A DNA stretch of 63,914 nt, filler included, from Octopus bimaculoides (taxonomy: Eukaryota), in the NCBI RefSeq assembly GCF_001194135.2. It is 10 parts of 7 records of this genome, joined end to end, with 100 filler letters (N's around TTAATTAATTAA, not from the genome) between each part and the next. Parts side by side here need not be neighbours in the genome. Positions count along the whole stretch, not along the records: positions 1 to 13,091 come from NC_068985.1; positions 13,192 to 24,594 come from NC_068985.1; 8 more parts are not named here. One strand, given 5' to 3'. Positions 11,223-23,855 of the stretch are shown one piece after another. The notes under the pieces were generated by a model. It saw only the letters and a program-made list of their open reading frames with translations. It ran no database searches and was not told the DNA's origin. Each line of letters starts with the position of its first letter. The stretch's first letter is position 1. A program made the position numbers and the translations under genes.

Positions 11223-11477
11223 TAGTCAGATCATAGTAGCTTCTCCTTCCAGTATTCGATGTTGATGAGGAGATATTTACCTTGAAATGCATGTATTCGT
11301 CAATGTGGATAAAATGCGCCTCGAAATGATGTGGTGTATTTGCACTTATTTGTCTGTAGTGAGAATTTTTCTCCATAACAAAATGCTGTGACTGGCGTTC
11401 TTACGGGTTCGAATATATCTCAAATAAATTTGAACTGGTAACAAGCTTACATCATTCTTATGTTTGAAGAGGTTATG

Positions 11478-11790
11478 GGGACGGCTTAGTGTTTGCGGTA
11501 TTCGGCTCACAATCGTATAATCGTGAGTTCGATTCCCGGTGGTGCGCTGTGTCCTTGAGCAAGACACATATTTCACATTGCTCCAGTCAGCTCAGCTGGC
11601 GAAAATGAGTACTACCTGTATTTCAAAGGGCCAGCTTTGTTACATTTTGTGTCACGCTGAACCTCCCTGAGAACTAAATTAAGGGCACGCGTGTTTGAGG
11701 AGTGCTCAGCCACTTGCATGTTAATCCCACGAGCAAGCTGTACCGTTGATCGAATCGACCGGAACACTCCAGGTAACCGACGGAGTGCCA
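11478..11790 (+). mobile_element. SINE family A-related copy
   Basis: gagttcgattcccgg B box and tcacgctgaa...gagaact...ttaaggg.acg.gtgt body shared with 2278-2634. Confidence 0.65.
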
Positions 11791-13194
11791 GTTAAGGTGA
11801 GGGATGTGGTATAAAAAGACGACAAAGGATCTAGAACAGCCCACGCATAGAATGAATATGAATCAGTTGTTGCTGCTGATGCGTTTAGCTCTGACCGAGC
11901 AATCCAGTGGATCAAAGACATTTCAATCGTGAACATCCCATACTTTCTTTCAAGTGTAACGTATCAAAAACTATATTATCTGATGTGTTTCCCTAAACAT
12001 TCTTAATATGGTAGAGCTGTGATTTGAAAGACGATTACCTAGTATGAACCAGTCTATAACTTGGGTGGTCTTGAATTACAGCTTGTTGTTGTTGTTCTTA
12101 TTCCTGTGGTTGGAACGTTTCATTCTTTTTTTGTATTTTTCCCACTGGAGACCTTCAGCTTGGCGCTGTTTGCCAAACGCGACATTCTTTTATCTAACAG
12201 GATCATTGCTACTTACAACAGTGAATTACACGAATTACATCTCTCTCTCTCTCTCTCTCTCTCGTTATACACGTAATGTCAATGAGGCATAAGAACTGAT
12301 AAGAGTTCCAGTTTCCTTGACATCTTTATTTCACGTAATGCTGGTTTACTACAAGTTATATCATTGAATATTGTATAATATATTTTTCTGCTGTCATTTG
12401 CTGTCATTCTTTAGAATCCTGTCGACTCTGCTGCTGCTACTGATACTGTAGCTCAGTAACTTCGATCATAAATGCTTGAAAAGGTTTTAGTCAAAGAGAC
12501 TGCTGATCACGTGTTTAAAAAACTGTTAAAATTGCTTGCAACAAGTTGTACAGATATAGGATATCTGACATGTAAATTTGCATTGAACTTCGTTTTATAG
12601 GTAAATTTACATATGGTGTCACTAACAAAAATGTCCACATCGTATAGGATATCTTAACAGGTAAACAATAACTTGGTTTATAGATGACCATCTCACTCTT
12701 CTCCATCTCTCTCCAAATTATTGACTTGACTAAATTCGGAAATATTAGAAAAGCAAAGCGAATGAAGTAAAATGGACTCAATCGGAAATGGATCATTCGT
12801 CAAATATATAACTTGCAGAGAACTTACCGTCATTCTACATTCTACTTCATGAACATTTTTGGTATTTCTTTCTCTGGCTTCGATCCTCTCCTAATGAAAT
12901 CGTGAATGCACCGTTGTGACGTATGACATAACTTGGACGTTACTACTGCTGGACCTGGCGGAGTTAATCTGCCTCAAAGTCTGACCACAAGCCAATTTCT
13001 TAGATAAAGGGGAGAGAGAGAGGGGAGGGGATAGAAGAAGAGAGGGAAAGAAGGAGAAGGAGGAGGAGGAGGAAGAAGAAGAAGAAGAAGANNNNNNNNN
13101 NNNNNNNNNNNNNNNNNNNNNNNNNNNNNNNNNNNTTAATTAATTAANNNNNNNNNNNNNNNNNNNNNNNNNNNNNNNNNNNNNNNNNNNNTAT

Positions 13195-13570
13195 TTGTTT
13201 CAGTCATGTCGACTGTGGCCATGCTGGAGCACCGCCTTTAGTCAAACATATTGAACCCAGAACTTATTCTTTGTAAGCCTAGCACTTATTCTATTGGTCT
13301 CTTAACCGAACTGCTAAGTTACGGGGACGTAAAAATACCAACATTGGTTGTCAAGTGATGGTGGGGGGAGACAAACACACACTCACACACACATACACAA
13401 ACAGACACATATATATGACGGGCTTCTTTCAGTTTCTGTCTACCAAATCCACTCACAAGGCTTTGGTTGGCCCGAGGCTATAGTAGAAGACACTTGCCCA
13501 AGGTGCCATACAGTGACCTGAACCTGGAACCATGTGGTTGGTAAGCAAGCTACTTACCACACAGCCACAT
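13195..13570 (-). mobile_element. SINE family C
   Basis: Reverse-complement homology to 14636-15020. Confidence 0.8.
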
Positions 13571-13868
13571 AGCAAAATTTAGGTTAGTTAAAATATATTT
13601 GTGCCATATTTCAACTGCTAAAAAGCAAATTCATTGCAATTACTGTGGATAAAACATCTCTCTTATGGTAAAAAGGTGTGAAAACACCTGGTTTGTACAG
13701 TGTCGCCATCTATCAGGAATCCAAAACATTGATGTATTGAGTTTTTTGACTCTTGTCAATGGGATGTACGTAAGAGAGGTAACTCTCAATAAACTTCTAA
13801 AGCAATAGCTTTATGTAAAATTCAGCTAACAACGTTGACTGATTTGTGCTGGCTGATCACCTGATATA

Positions 13869-13918
<50 letters not shown>

Positions 13919-14635
13919 NNNNNNNNNNATATATATATATATATATATATACATTTTTATGTATATGCATGCATCTTTGTGTCTCTGTATCCCAGCAGTG
14001 CATGACAACCAATGTTGCTGTGTTTATGTTCCTGTAACTTGATAGTTCAATCAAAAAAACTAATAAAATAAATACCAAGCATAGACAAAAAAAGTACTGA
14101 GATAAATTCATTCGAAAAAAAATTCTTCAAGGTGATGCCCCCACATGGCCACAGAGTCTAATGACTGAAACATGAAAAAGGTAAAAGATGTTTGGTAATA
14201 TAGGCCAATAAATTGGTATGTCAAACAAAAACAGCTTATGGTATTTATTCTGCATGAGCTGCACAATCATTCACTCTCACTACATAGTGATCCTGTCATT
14301 CACTCGATAGAGACCTATAATTAATATCATATTTATTCTCCCTAAAACCACATTTGTGGTGTAAGCATAGCTGTGTGGATGGTGCAGGCATGGTCATGAG
14401 GATAGGCTGTGTGAGTAATACTCAGCCCACACTGTAAAGTAGTTAGTAATAGGAAAGACATCTTTAACCAAAGAAGTCATACCAAAATTAACAATATTCA
14501 TCACAACAGAGTTGACCAATTTTTACTTAGTTGCTATGTATGCCAGATTATGTTGTGAGACCCACCTGTCCCATGCTGGGATGATAAAACAGAGGTATAT
14601 AGATGATCATAATGAAAGTTATGAAAATTTATAGA

Positions 14636-15020
14636 AAGGTGTGGCTGTGTGGTAAGAAGCTTGCTTTCCAACCACATGGCTCTGGGTTCAGTCCCACTGC
14701 ATGACACCTTGGGCAAGTGTCTTCTAATATAGTCTCAGGCAAACCAAAACCTTGTGAGTGGATTTGGTAGATGGAAACTGGAAGAAGCCTGTCATATATA
14801 TATATACACATATATCAATGTGTGTGTGTGTGTTCCACCACCACTTGACAAATGGTGTTGGTGTGTTTAAGTCTCCATAACTTAGCAGTTCTCCAAAAGA
14901 GACTGATAGGATAAGTACCAAGCTTAAAAAAACTAAGTACTGGGGTTGATTTATTCAACTAAAATTCTTCAAGGCAGAGCCCCAACATGGCCGCAGTCTC
15001 ATGACTGAAATAAATAAAAG
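14636..15020 (+). mobile_element. SINE family C
   Basis: aggtgtggctgtgtggtaagaagcttgc head through gcagtctcatgactgaaa tail. Confidence 0.8.
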
Positions 15021-15078
15021 ATAATAGATAAAAGAAAGCAATAACATTGAAAATATGAAAAGTGTGTGTAATTCTAAC

Positions 15079-15170
15079 CTAACTCCATTCCAGGATTCGA
15101 TGTTTCCAAGATCATTCACATTTTTAGTTCCAGAATAAATTATGTAGTTTCCATCATCAGTGCCGTTTTT
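15079..15170 (-). CDS. SCARB2-like: CD36/scavenger receptor class B family gene, 4th visible exon
   Basis: AG|KNGTDDGNYIIYSGTKNVNDLGNIESWNGV(R)|GTTAG; 92 nt, phase 0 to 2. Matches the LIMP-2 NGTNDGDY...IVEWNG segment. Confidence 0.92.
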
Positions 15171-15607
15171 CTGTGGAACAGATATAACAAAGAAGTTCAT
15201 AATTATCATTGTGCAATATATCTATTAAGAGTGGGACTGAACTTGAAACCACATGGTTGGGAAGCAAATTTCTCAACCACACAGCTATGCCTGCAGCTAT
15301 ACACATACACACACATCATTACAAGGACACCTCCTTCAATGCCTCACCCCCACCTCTCAAACTATGCTGATGCCATGTAAAAAGCACTCAGTCCACACTG
15401 AGAGGTGGTTGGTGTTAAGAAGGACATCCAGCAATAAAAACCATGCAAAAACAGACGGTGAAGCTTGGTGCAGTCTTCTACCTAGCCAGCTCCTGTCAAA
15501 CTATCTAACCAATGCCAACATGGAAAATGGACAATAAATGGTGATGATGATAATGATTAATGATATATATACATATTTATTTACACACACACACATTTAT
15601 ATATATG

Positions 15608-16480
15608 TATACCAAACCACAAAAGAAACGCCATACACATACTAAATAGAAACCGGTTAATTGACAGACTGCCATAGCATTGATTGAATGATAAAACATC
15701 ATTTCCTGAAACATGTTTCATGTCACATGGTGTCATGTGATGAGGGAGTGTTCTGGATCCAAAGCAATGAACTTAATATCTTGTGTGACCACCGTTAGCA
15801 TTGATTATCACCAGGCATCTTCAGTACATTGAATGCATCAAACGATTGATAAAGGCCATGGGGATAGCAGCCCACACTCTGTTAAAACTTGCAGTGAGCT
15901 GTGCTGCTGGCCTTGAATGGATGTTATTTAGCTTTCTTTGGATTTCGTCCCACAGGTGTTCTATGGGGTTCAAGTCCAGACTTAGGGCAAACCATGGCAG
16001 GGTCTGGATGTTGTGCTGTTGGAGGAAGTCTGTTGTTAATCTAGCAGTATGGGCACGAGTGTTGTCTTGTTGGAACACGTGATTCTGATGACGGGCAAAG
16101 TATGACACAATGTGAGGCCTCAACACTTGGTCGATGTAGTGAGCAGTGGTTATTCCATTGCCCCAACCTTGGCCATTGTTTTGGAAGACCACTGGTCCAA
16201 GTTTCTGGTTGAGTGCAATTCCACCCCATACCATGATGCTCTGTCCTCCCCATGACTCTCTCTCCACCACACAGCCATCGGCATCATGTTCACTCCTTCT
16301 TCTCCAGACCCTAGCTCAGCCTTCTGGCACAGAAATGCAATATTGACTTTTGTCAGGGCTGATATTGCCAGTTCTGACATTTTTGAGCCCACTGCAGACG
16401 TGCCCATTGATGACAGTCTGTGAGGATGGGGACCCTAGCTGGACATTGACAAGACAGATTGTCATTAGATAGATAATCTA
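15608..16480 (-). mobile_element. Tc1 (DD34E) transposon remnant
   Basis: VWGGIA...YIDQVLRPHI...VFQQDNTRAHTAR...PWFALSLDLNPIEHLWDEIQRK...ANGGHTRY*. Tc1-type end tataccaaaccacaaaagaaacgc at 15608. Confidence 0.9.
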
Positions 16481-16500
16481 CTTTCGTATATGCATGTACA

Positions 16501-16537
<37 letters not shown>

Positions 16538-17230
16538 GTATGTATGCACACGTGCTCATGCATCATAATTTGTTTAGCAGTTTCAGCTCAAAGCCATGGC
16601 CATGCTGGGGCACTGCCGTTAATATAAACACACATACACACACTCTAATGTATCTATTCATTCTAAAAATATTCAGCCACATTCAAATCTATATATCTGA
16701 TTGCTATTGTTTTTCACCATTTGAGAAAAGCTTCTCCTACATGCAATTCACAAGCGTAAAGGGACTTTGAAACACTGTAGAGTTTTAACCTTGTTATTTG
16801 TCTCCTCAGTGAAAGCTATCACACCACACTGATGAATCTAACAAGGCCACAAGCCCTTGTTTATAGAAATCAGCAAACAAATTATTTGCTGATGTATGCT
16901 GATGCCTACTAAATAGATAATAATGCATGGGGTGCACCCAGAACTGCAAAAATCCAAGCAATAATGTATATGTCCATTTAAATCTGGCAGATTTTAAATG
17001 AGGCTATCATATTGCTAATTTCATTATTTGCACTCTACCTATATTTACCCTACCTTTGGTATTCAAGTGCTAGTTTTTCCACTTTGTGTTACATTCATAT
17101 GCTTGTATTTGAAAATCCTTTTGAAAACAACAATGTGTACCTAAGTAAATAGAACAACATAAGTTTGCAGTTTTATTTTATTTGAAAAACAAAAAAAGAT
17201 CAATAAAAAAAGAAGACATAATATACTCAC

Positions 17231-17434
17231 ACCATAAAATATTCCAAATTTTTTGGGAAGACTGACATTCATAGATTTGGGAATATATTTAGCCAAACTT
17301 GCAATAAGAGGATCCTTATATCCCCAAATAATGTCACCAACAGTCAACGTCTTGAAGGGTTTGTCCATAAATGTGAGCATATTTACAAGTGCTTGTATAG
17401 TTGCATTTGTGTATCTTACAAAATTGACCACAGT
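17231..17434 (-). CDS. SCARB2-like: CD36/scavenger receptor class B family gene, 3rd visible exon
   Basis: TTTCAG|TVVNFVRYTNATIQALVNMLTFMDKPFKTLTVGDIIWGYKDPLIASLAKYIPKSMNVSLPKKFGIFYG|GTGAGT; 204 nt, phase 0-0. Contains the CD36 signature F...TVGDIIWGYKDP. Confidence 0.95.
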
Positions 17435-17999
17435 CTGAAATGATCAGGTATTAGAAAACAGTATAAATCAGAAGTTTTACTAGAAAATAAAGCTTGAGAG
17501 TGTTAAAAGTGAACATTTTGAAACCGTTCCTATGGCTTAAATATTGTGTAAACATGTAGGATTACATCAAATGTGCAATGCTCAGTTCACACCTTCTTAT
17601 TTGATTATATTACTGAAAGAAATATCTGATTTGATATTAGTCAAAAAGTAAATAAAGTCAGAAAAAATATTGCTCTACACATGTGATCAGTATTTGATCT
17701 AACTATAACAGTTAGTCACTACTAACTACTATAGCCATTGTGACTAACTGTTGTAGATACTATTATAGATATTAGCCTGTAGTTCATACTTTACCTGCAA
17801 CTCTATCCTAATCACTCTTAGGAAAACTTTTCTCAGCACCTTTTCTCCATACTCTATTCTCACCACCATATACACATAACCACTATGTATAAAAGATTTT
17901 CCAATCATTGTAAAACAATGACGTGAGCAGCTGTGACAGAATTCCTCTCATTCCCCTCAAATGCTCAAAAGAACTAAATCCTATCCTCACCAAACTCCT

Positions 18000-19250
18000 C
18001 AAGATTCTATTACAATCCCAATCCTTGGAAACCTGCTACAATATCCAAACAGATTATTGACCAATCATATTCCACCACAAAACTGATGATTTCAGTTGTC
18101 AATAATCTTCTCTTTCTTCCTTGGGTGTCTCTCCCTCCAAAGAAGGATATACTAGATATTTGTTCTCATTGTTAAGCGCTGGTCACTCACCCTTCAACAA
18201 GAACAATATCATTGCACTTGATGTAAGCAAAGATTTCAACCATATCTTGCATGAAAATCACCTGGAATATGGTTCAAGTCCATCTTTCATTTCTTGGATC
18301 AGAAATTTTCTGCAAAATTGTAGCATATGCCAACAGAATTCTCTCTAACCCACACTATTAATTTTTGATGCACCTCAAAAGACGTTGATATCTCCAACAC
18401 ACTTCCAACAGCATCAAGATATAACCACTAACAACACACATTAAAGAAACAGTTTTGAAAAAAATATAATAAAGATGCAATAAAACCCTTAAAAATCACA
18501 AATGCTAGGCTTCACAATCTCAAATAATCTCTCATGGTAAACATATACATGTATCATTGCCAAAATAGCATCACAAGGACCAGGGTAAAGTAAAGATTTC
18601 TTTTGGTCATGAATGACCATGGGATTACACCTAGAAAGGTCCCCTCCAAAGCACAAGTCGAGACAAGATTGTTTATGGAAGACCAGCAGTCACTCATACA
18701 TACCAGTCTCCCCTTTCCATGCCACTGATGTTGTCCAAGGGAAAAGCAAAGACAAATACAGCTTGGTACCTGTGACATCACAACTCATTTCTATAGCTGA
18801 GTGAAATAGAGCAATGTGAAATAAAGTGTCTTACTCAAGAGCACTGCATACAACCTGAAATTGTAATCACTACCACATGATTGTGAGCCTGATGCTCAAA
18901 CCACTGAGCCATGCACCATCACAGGGGCAAGGTTTCCAAGAAATACTTTAGCCCTAATCAATTGCTGACCCTCTACAAGGACCTAGATTGGAGTCTTGCT
19001 CTACAAACTTCCAAGACAAAATCAAAAAGAAAACCATCTGATTGGCAGGAGCTCATAAATACAGAGCTACTTATCTCTCTCTTCTCCTGGTTCTGCTTCT
19101 CTGAACTAACAAGCTTTCTACTAACACTATTTAGGTCCACCTGATGCATCTGATAGTTTCTGCTATATTTCACTCCAAAACTTACACTAAATACATTTAC
19201 TCAGTCATTCTTTTTTTGAGTTGCACACTCCTGGAATTCTTTCCTTGCCC
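18000..19250 (+). mobile_element. Highly degenerate CR1/Jockey-type RT remnant interrupted by a SINE-like insert (~18545-18910)
   Basis: IALDVSKDFNHILH...SFISWIRNFL and later KYFSPNQLLTLYK resemble RT subdomain 2 and the C-terminal region. Confidence 0.5.
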
Positions 19251-19934
19251 ATGTTTTCTCCTACATACACTGACCTACAGGTATTCAAGCTAAAGATGAA
19301 AAATAGTGATCTCAGTAAAGAGAACAAAATATTAGTTGCTAAGTAGGAATTGCAGATAATATACACAAAATTGATTAATGATGGTTGGTGACGTTAAGAC
19401 AGCAAGAAATACAATTTCACCCGTCAAAGAAAGTAGACTGCTGCAACAAGACCATTTTGCAGTTAGGTCAAATACTGCAATGAATATATGAGATAACTTT
19501 AGAAGGACAAAGATACTGCCTTTCATCCTTTGGCCAATTAATTAAAATCAAATTAGAATCTGATGCAAGGGTTGCTGCAGTAATATAAAAACATATGTTT
19601 ATGTTGTTAGCTGTCTATAAACACAGTAACAGGGTTTTAATCATTGCTATGCTTTTTTTACCTTTTTCAATAAGACGTAGGATATGGTTTTTTTCCCCCT
19701 AAAATTATAGTACCCCAGCAAGGTCAAAGGTTCACTGGCAAGAATCAATAAAAGAGTAAAAGAAAATCACAACAAAATAAAGTGGATGGCATAATTGGTA
19801 GAACTTTGGGCAAAAAAACGTTGTGGCATTCAGTTTGTATCCCTTTATGTTCTGAGTCCAAATTCTGTCATGGCTGACTGTCTTTCATCTTTCAAAAGTT
19901 AATCAAACAGGTACCACTGGGGACAATATAGCCT

Positions 19935-20162
19935 TAATCTTCTAGCATTTAAACTGGCCATATCTGGCCAAAATATTCTACTTGTTTTATGTACAAAGTG
20001 CCCAGATCTAGCCTCTTACATCAACCCTATAATGTCATTCTAAAAATTAACACTTACCTCATCAAAATCTCAAAGCTACAAGATAATGCGTGATTAATTA
20101 AAAACGATATGAATAAACTAGCATTACTTTTCACAGAATAATGTGAATGCCAAAGGGTTAAA
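19935..20162. mobile_element. Probable TTAA-ended MITE (piggyBac-like ends)
   Basis: Right end gaatgccaaagggttaa; the degenerate left end ttaatcttctagcattt is its approximate reverse complement. Confidence 0.45.
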
Positions 20163-20255
20163 GGTGCCAGAGTCCAAGTATGGCAACAGCCTAGTGGGTG
20201 AAACCAGTAAATAAATAAAATAAATAAACGAGTAAACCTTTATGAAGTAACATAC

Positions 20256-20394
20256 CAAAACTGGGAGGTTTGGTGTAACAACAACATTACTTTCAGGCCC
20301 TACAGACTTCTCTTTGTCAAAGATGTAGTATTTCTTTTCCCGATATGATACTGTACCATTTTTTAGGACAACATCAACCTTTTCAATATGTTCC
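20256..20394 (-). CDS. SCARB2-like: CD36/scavenger receptor class B family gene, 2nd visible exon
   Basis: TACAG|(R)EHIEKVDVVLKNGTVSYREKKYYIFDKEKSVGPESNVVVTPNLPVL|GTATGT; 139 nt, phase 2 to 0. NGTVSY...F...SVG motif. Confidence 0.95.
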
Positions 20395-20601
20395 CTGTAA
20401 TTCAAGAAATTACCCAATTAGACAAAAGCTGAGGATGAAAAGGAAGAAGAGGAATGGAGATCGAGAAAGAAAAGTGGGGAGAGAGAAACGTATGTGAGTG
20501 GTAGTACGTGCATGAGAGAGAAGGAAAATAGGCAGAACTGTATAGAAGGGAGGGCAGAGTTGAAGTGCTACTGTGAGTGAGGAATGTGTTGAGAAGTTGG
20601 T

Positions 20602-20633
<32 letters not shown>

Positions 20634-20792
20634 GAGACAGACAGACAGAGAGACAGACAGACAGAGAGACAGGCAGTGTGTGAGTGTGTGTGTGTGTGTG
20701 TGTAAAAAGGAAGAAGGAGAGAAGAGTTGAAAAGTGTGTAAGAGAGAATGGTGTTATGAATTAAAGTAGGATGATGGAGAGAAAAGAAGGGA

Positions 20793-20823
<31 letters not shown>

Positions 20824-20833
20824 TGAAACCTAC

Positions 20834-20994
20834 CTGTATGTGTATGGGCCAGTTTCTGTAACTGCAGGGTTTGTCCCATTTTTCTGGATTGCTTTACTGT
20901 TGGTGTAGTTGAAGACATATACTTGGAAATATACAGGAATCGGAGGTTTGAGCCAATTATTGAATGACTCTGAATTATTGGTTAAAGGCACTTG
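20834..20994 (-). CDS. SCARB2-like: CD36/scavenger receptor class B family gene, 1st visible exon
   Basis: AATCAG|QVPLTNNSESFNNWLKPPIPVYFQVYVFNYTNSKAIQKNGTNPAVTETGPYTY(R)|GTAGGT; 161 nt, phase 0 to 2. Classic W..PP.PVY.Q.Y.FN.TN...E.GPYTYR motif. Confidence 0.96.
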
Positions 20995-21472
20995 CTGATT
21001 GGATTAGTGCATTAATGGAAGAGAAAAGAACAAGTTTCATTTTTTGTGAAATGTTTACTATAAATATACATATGCTATATTACATAGTTTATTTTTGACA
21101 AAAAAAAAAAATGAAAACAGAACACACTCAATGTTTAGTATGTGTGTGTATAAATACTGGGTTAAAAAATATTCTTGGATGGAAAAACAAAATCAAAGGC
21201 AGCTTTCATCATTTTCTATCCAAGAGGCTTTTTTTTCAACCCAATATTTACATGTTATTATTTATAGTTTTACATGTACTTTGAATCCAATTCCAGAAAA
21301 GAATTATTCCACATTCTCTCTCTCTCAAAAAAACAAAACAAAACAAAAACATCCATCCATCCATCCATCCATCCATCCATCCATCCATTCATACATACAT
21401 ACATAAATCGTTAGTAGTTCATATATCTGAAAAAGAAGCACACTCTAAAACATTAGATCAGTAATATATTTA

Positions 21473-21721
21473 TAGAAGGGTGATTGTTATGGTTGGTCAG
21501 AGAATGACAATTGGTTTTACACCTATTAAGTACTTAGTTGTATAGGTGACTCATCAGACTCAAATGATCAGAGGCACATAACCTCTCTACATGTTTTTCT
21601 CCCTCCGGTTGTATAGAGATTATGTTGCTTTTGAATCTGATGAGTCATCTATACAGCTAAGCGTTTTATAGGTGCAAAACCAATGGTTACTCTCTGACTG
21701 GTCATAATAATGAACCTTCTA
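21473..21721. mobile_element. Foldback MITE (whole element is an imperfect inverted repeat)
   Basis: Left arm tagaagggtgattgttatgg...gactcatcaga...acataacctctctaca pairs with right arm tgtatagagattatgt...tctgatgagtc...ccttcta. TA-rich flanks. Confidence 0.8.
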
Positions 21722-21798
21722 AATATATATATACGTGACCGCGTGTGTATCGTTGGCGATTATCTTTCTCCGTCTTCCCTTCTTTGGACTTTTTCTAT

Positions 21799-21833
21799 AT
21801 TTCTGATGAAGAGCTCCGCTCGAAATGTGAAAT
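21799..21833 (+). ncRNA. Minimal type I hammerhead ribozyme motif, predicted inactive (G at position 17)
   Basis: AUUU-CUGAUGA-A-GAGC UCC GCUC-GAAA-UGU-G-AAAU: intact core, extra A before stem II, stem I AUUU/AAAU. Lies in a repeat (~21735-21945) whose 3' part recurs inverted at ~5430-5510. Confidence 0.6.
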
Positions 21834-21943
21834 CCTCTTTCTTTTCTTTCTTTTCCTGAGTGTCCAATAACACTGTACTTATTCCACATCCTCGCGTTGT
21901 TGTTTTTTCATGTTTTTTCTTGCTTATTCATGTTTGGATTGAC

Positions 21944-21984
<41 letters not shown>

Positions 21985-21985
<1 letters not shown>

Positions 21986-22535
21986 GACCTTTGGAGATAT
22001 GCTGTGCTTGAGAAGACCTGGCAAGCCAAGTGAGACTGTAACCGTGGCCTATGCCAATGCAGCATAACCAGCCCATTTAAGAGTACCCTTCAATCATTGG
22101 GCAATAAACTGTTGAGGCAAGTGAAGTCATTGTCGTGTCCAATGACAGTACCACCTGATTGGCACCTGTGCTGGTGGCATGTAAAAAGCACTGTTCGAGT
22201 GTGGTTGATGCCAGTGCTGCCTGACTGGTCCCATGCTGGTGGCACATAAAAAGTACCATTCGAGCGTGGTTGTGCCACCTGACTGGCTCCTGTGCTGGTG
22301 GCACATAAAAAGTACTATTCAAGCGTGTCCAATGCCAGTACTGCCTGACTAGCCCTCGTGCCGGTGGTATGTAAAAAGCACACGCTACACTCTTGGAGTG
22401 GTTGGCATTAGGAAGGGCATCCAGCTGTAGAAACATTGCCAGATTGGAGCCTGGTGCAGCGTTCTAACTTGCCAGCCCTCAGTCAAACTATCCAGCCCAT
22501 GCCAGCATGGAAAGAGGACGTTAAAGGACAATGAT
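21985..22535 (+). mobile_element. RTE-associated 3' UTR/non-autonomous element with internal ~60 bp tandem units
   Basis: Four ccacctga.tgg...tgctggtggca..taaaaag units, then ggaagggcatccagctgtagaaa...ggacgttaaa tail shared with 30097-30226, 49735-49957 and 54460-54870. Confidence 0.7.
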
Positions 22536-22602
22536 ATATATATATATATATATATATATANNNNNNNNNNNNNNNNNNNNNNNNNNNNNNNNNNNNNNNN
22601 NN

Positions 22603-22677
<75 letters not shown>

Positions 22678-23519
22678 CACATACAGTAACTTTGACAAAA
22701 GAATACAATGAATACATGGGGCGTGAAAAATCAAACATTTCAGATAAAGTCCTTCTTCAGGGAAAAATTGACAGGAGTGAAATTAAAGAGAAACGGAAGA
22801 GTTTTGCATCATCTAAGAAAAACTGGTTGCAGTTGATAAGGAATGCAAAACCACTGGAGCTTCATACAGAGACAGAAAGAAGCAGGAGAGTAAAACTGGG
22901 TCAGAGATATAAAAGGAAAGAGGATGGAATAAGGAGAATAAGTAGGCAAACACTCCATGTATTTTAAACATTTTCATCATGCATTGGCCCCTTATGGGTG
23001 AGACTGTACAAATGGTCATGGTGCATCATAAGGTGAAGACATGCCTTGTCAGGTGACTTGTCAACAAGTACCATGTTCTTCACTCTCCATTTTATTTATT
23101 TCAATTATAATACATGCTGGTATACATCAATCGGAATGAAGAACAGTTCTCTTAATACATGAAAGGCTTCTTTCAGGTTTTGTCTATCAAATACATTGAT
23201 TAGAATTTACTTGGCCTGGGGCTATAGTAGAAGACACTTGCCCAAGACGGCATGCAGTGGGATTGAACCCAGAACCATGAGGTTGTGAAGCAAACTTCTT
23301 AACTATACAACCATGCTTCTCCTGTTAACTTGATGCCATGTGGTGAACATAACTGGAAACTGTAATTCAGGCAACTGAGCATAAATGTTCCCATAAACAT
23401 GGTTTCCTTTTTTGTGTCCCGAATAATTTCAGAATCTAATCACTCAGTCTCTGCAAATTGTTGTCATCTTAGTATTATGTGCATGGAATGATGCATTGCC
23501 ATTCATGTGGATTCTCAGG

Positions 23520-23855
23520 CCATGCACCAACTATGACTCTGGGGTAGCACAACACCCCTGATTTTGTACATTCATACACATGCATCATACAGTCTGCCTT
23601 TTACTCTAAGGCCCTTCGATTCTAGTCCTTGCTTCCACAACTGAAACTTCTCTAGTTCTGATAGTAACTCAGTAATTAGCGCAAGGTCATCAGCATAGAG
23701 GAGCTCCCAGGGGCATCCTGCGTTATTGCCTGGAGGATTATGATAAATAGGAGGGGGCTGAGCATTGAACCTTGGTGGACCCCTACCTCTACCCAGAATT
23801 CTTCACTGTACTCGTTGTCAACCCTCACGTTACTGACAGTGTCTCTGTACATGGC
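23520..23855 (-). mobile_element. RTE-clade RT fragment
   Basis: YRDTVSNVRVDNEYSEEFWVEVGVHQGSMLSPLLFIIILQAIT then (frameshift) CPWELLYADDLALI. Confidence 0.85.

Noticed and set aside
12520-12700. Possible decayed C2H2 zinc-finger array (YICTTCCKQF on the minus strand; ~84-88 bp echo)
   Set aside because: Multiple stops, inconsistent period and no His pair; too weak to call.
12828-12955. Exon-like segment ending in GTAAGT on the CD36 strand
   Set aside because: The translation does not resemble the expected next CD36 exon (WW...CNMINGTDG) and all frames contain stops.
13136-13147. TTAATTAATTAA (PacI-like) motif recurring in the middle of N runs (also ~24639, 26836, 29191, 47775, 49678, 55645, 57710, 58811)
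   Set aside because: Always flanked by Ns in fixed-length gaps; a scaffolding gap marker, not biology.
22145-22390. Four ~60-bp repeats as a CRISPR-like array
   Set aside because: Tandem units without unique spacers, inside an RTE-associated element in a eukaryotic genome.
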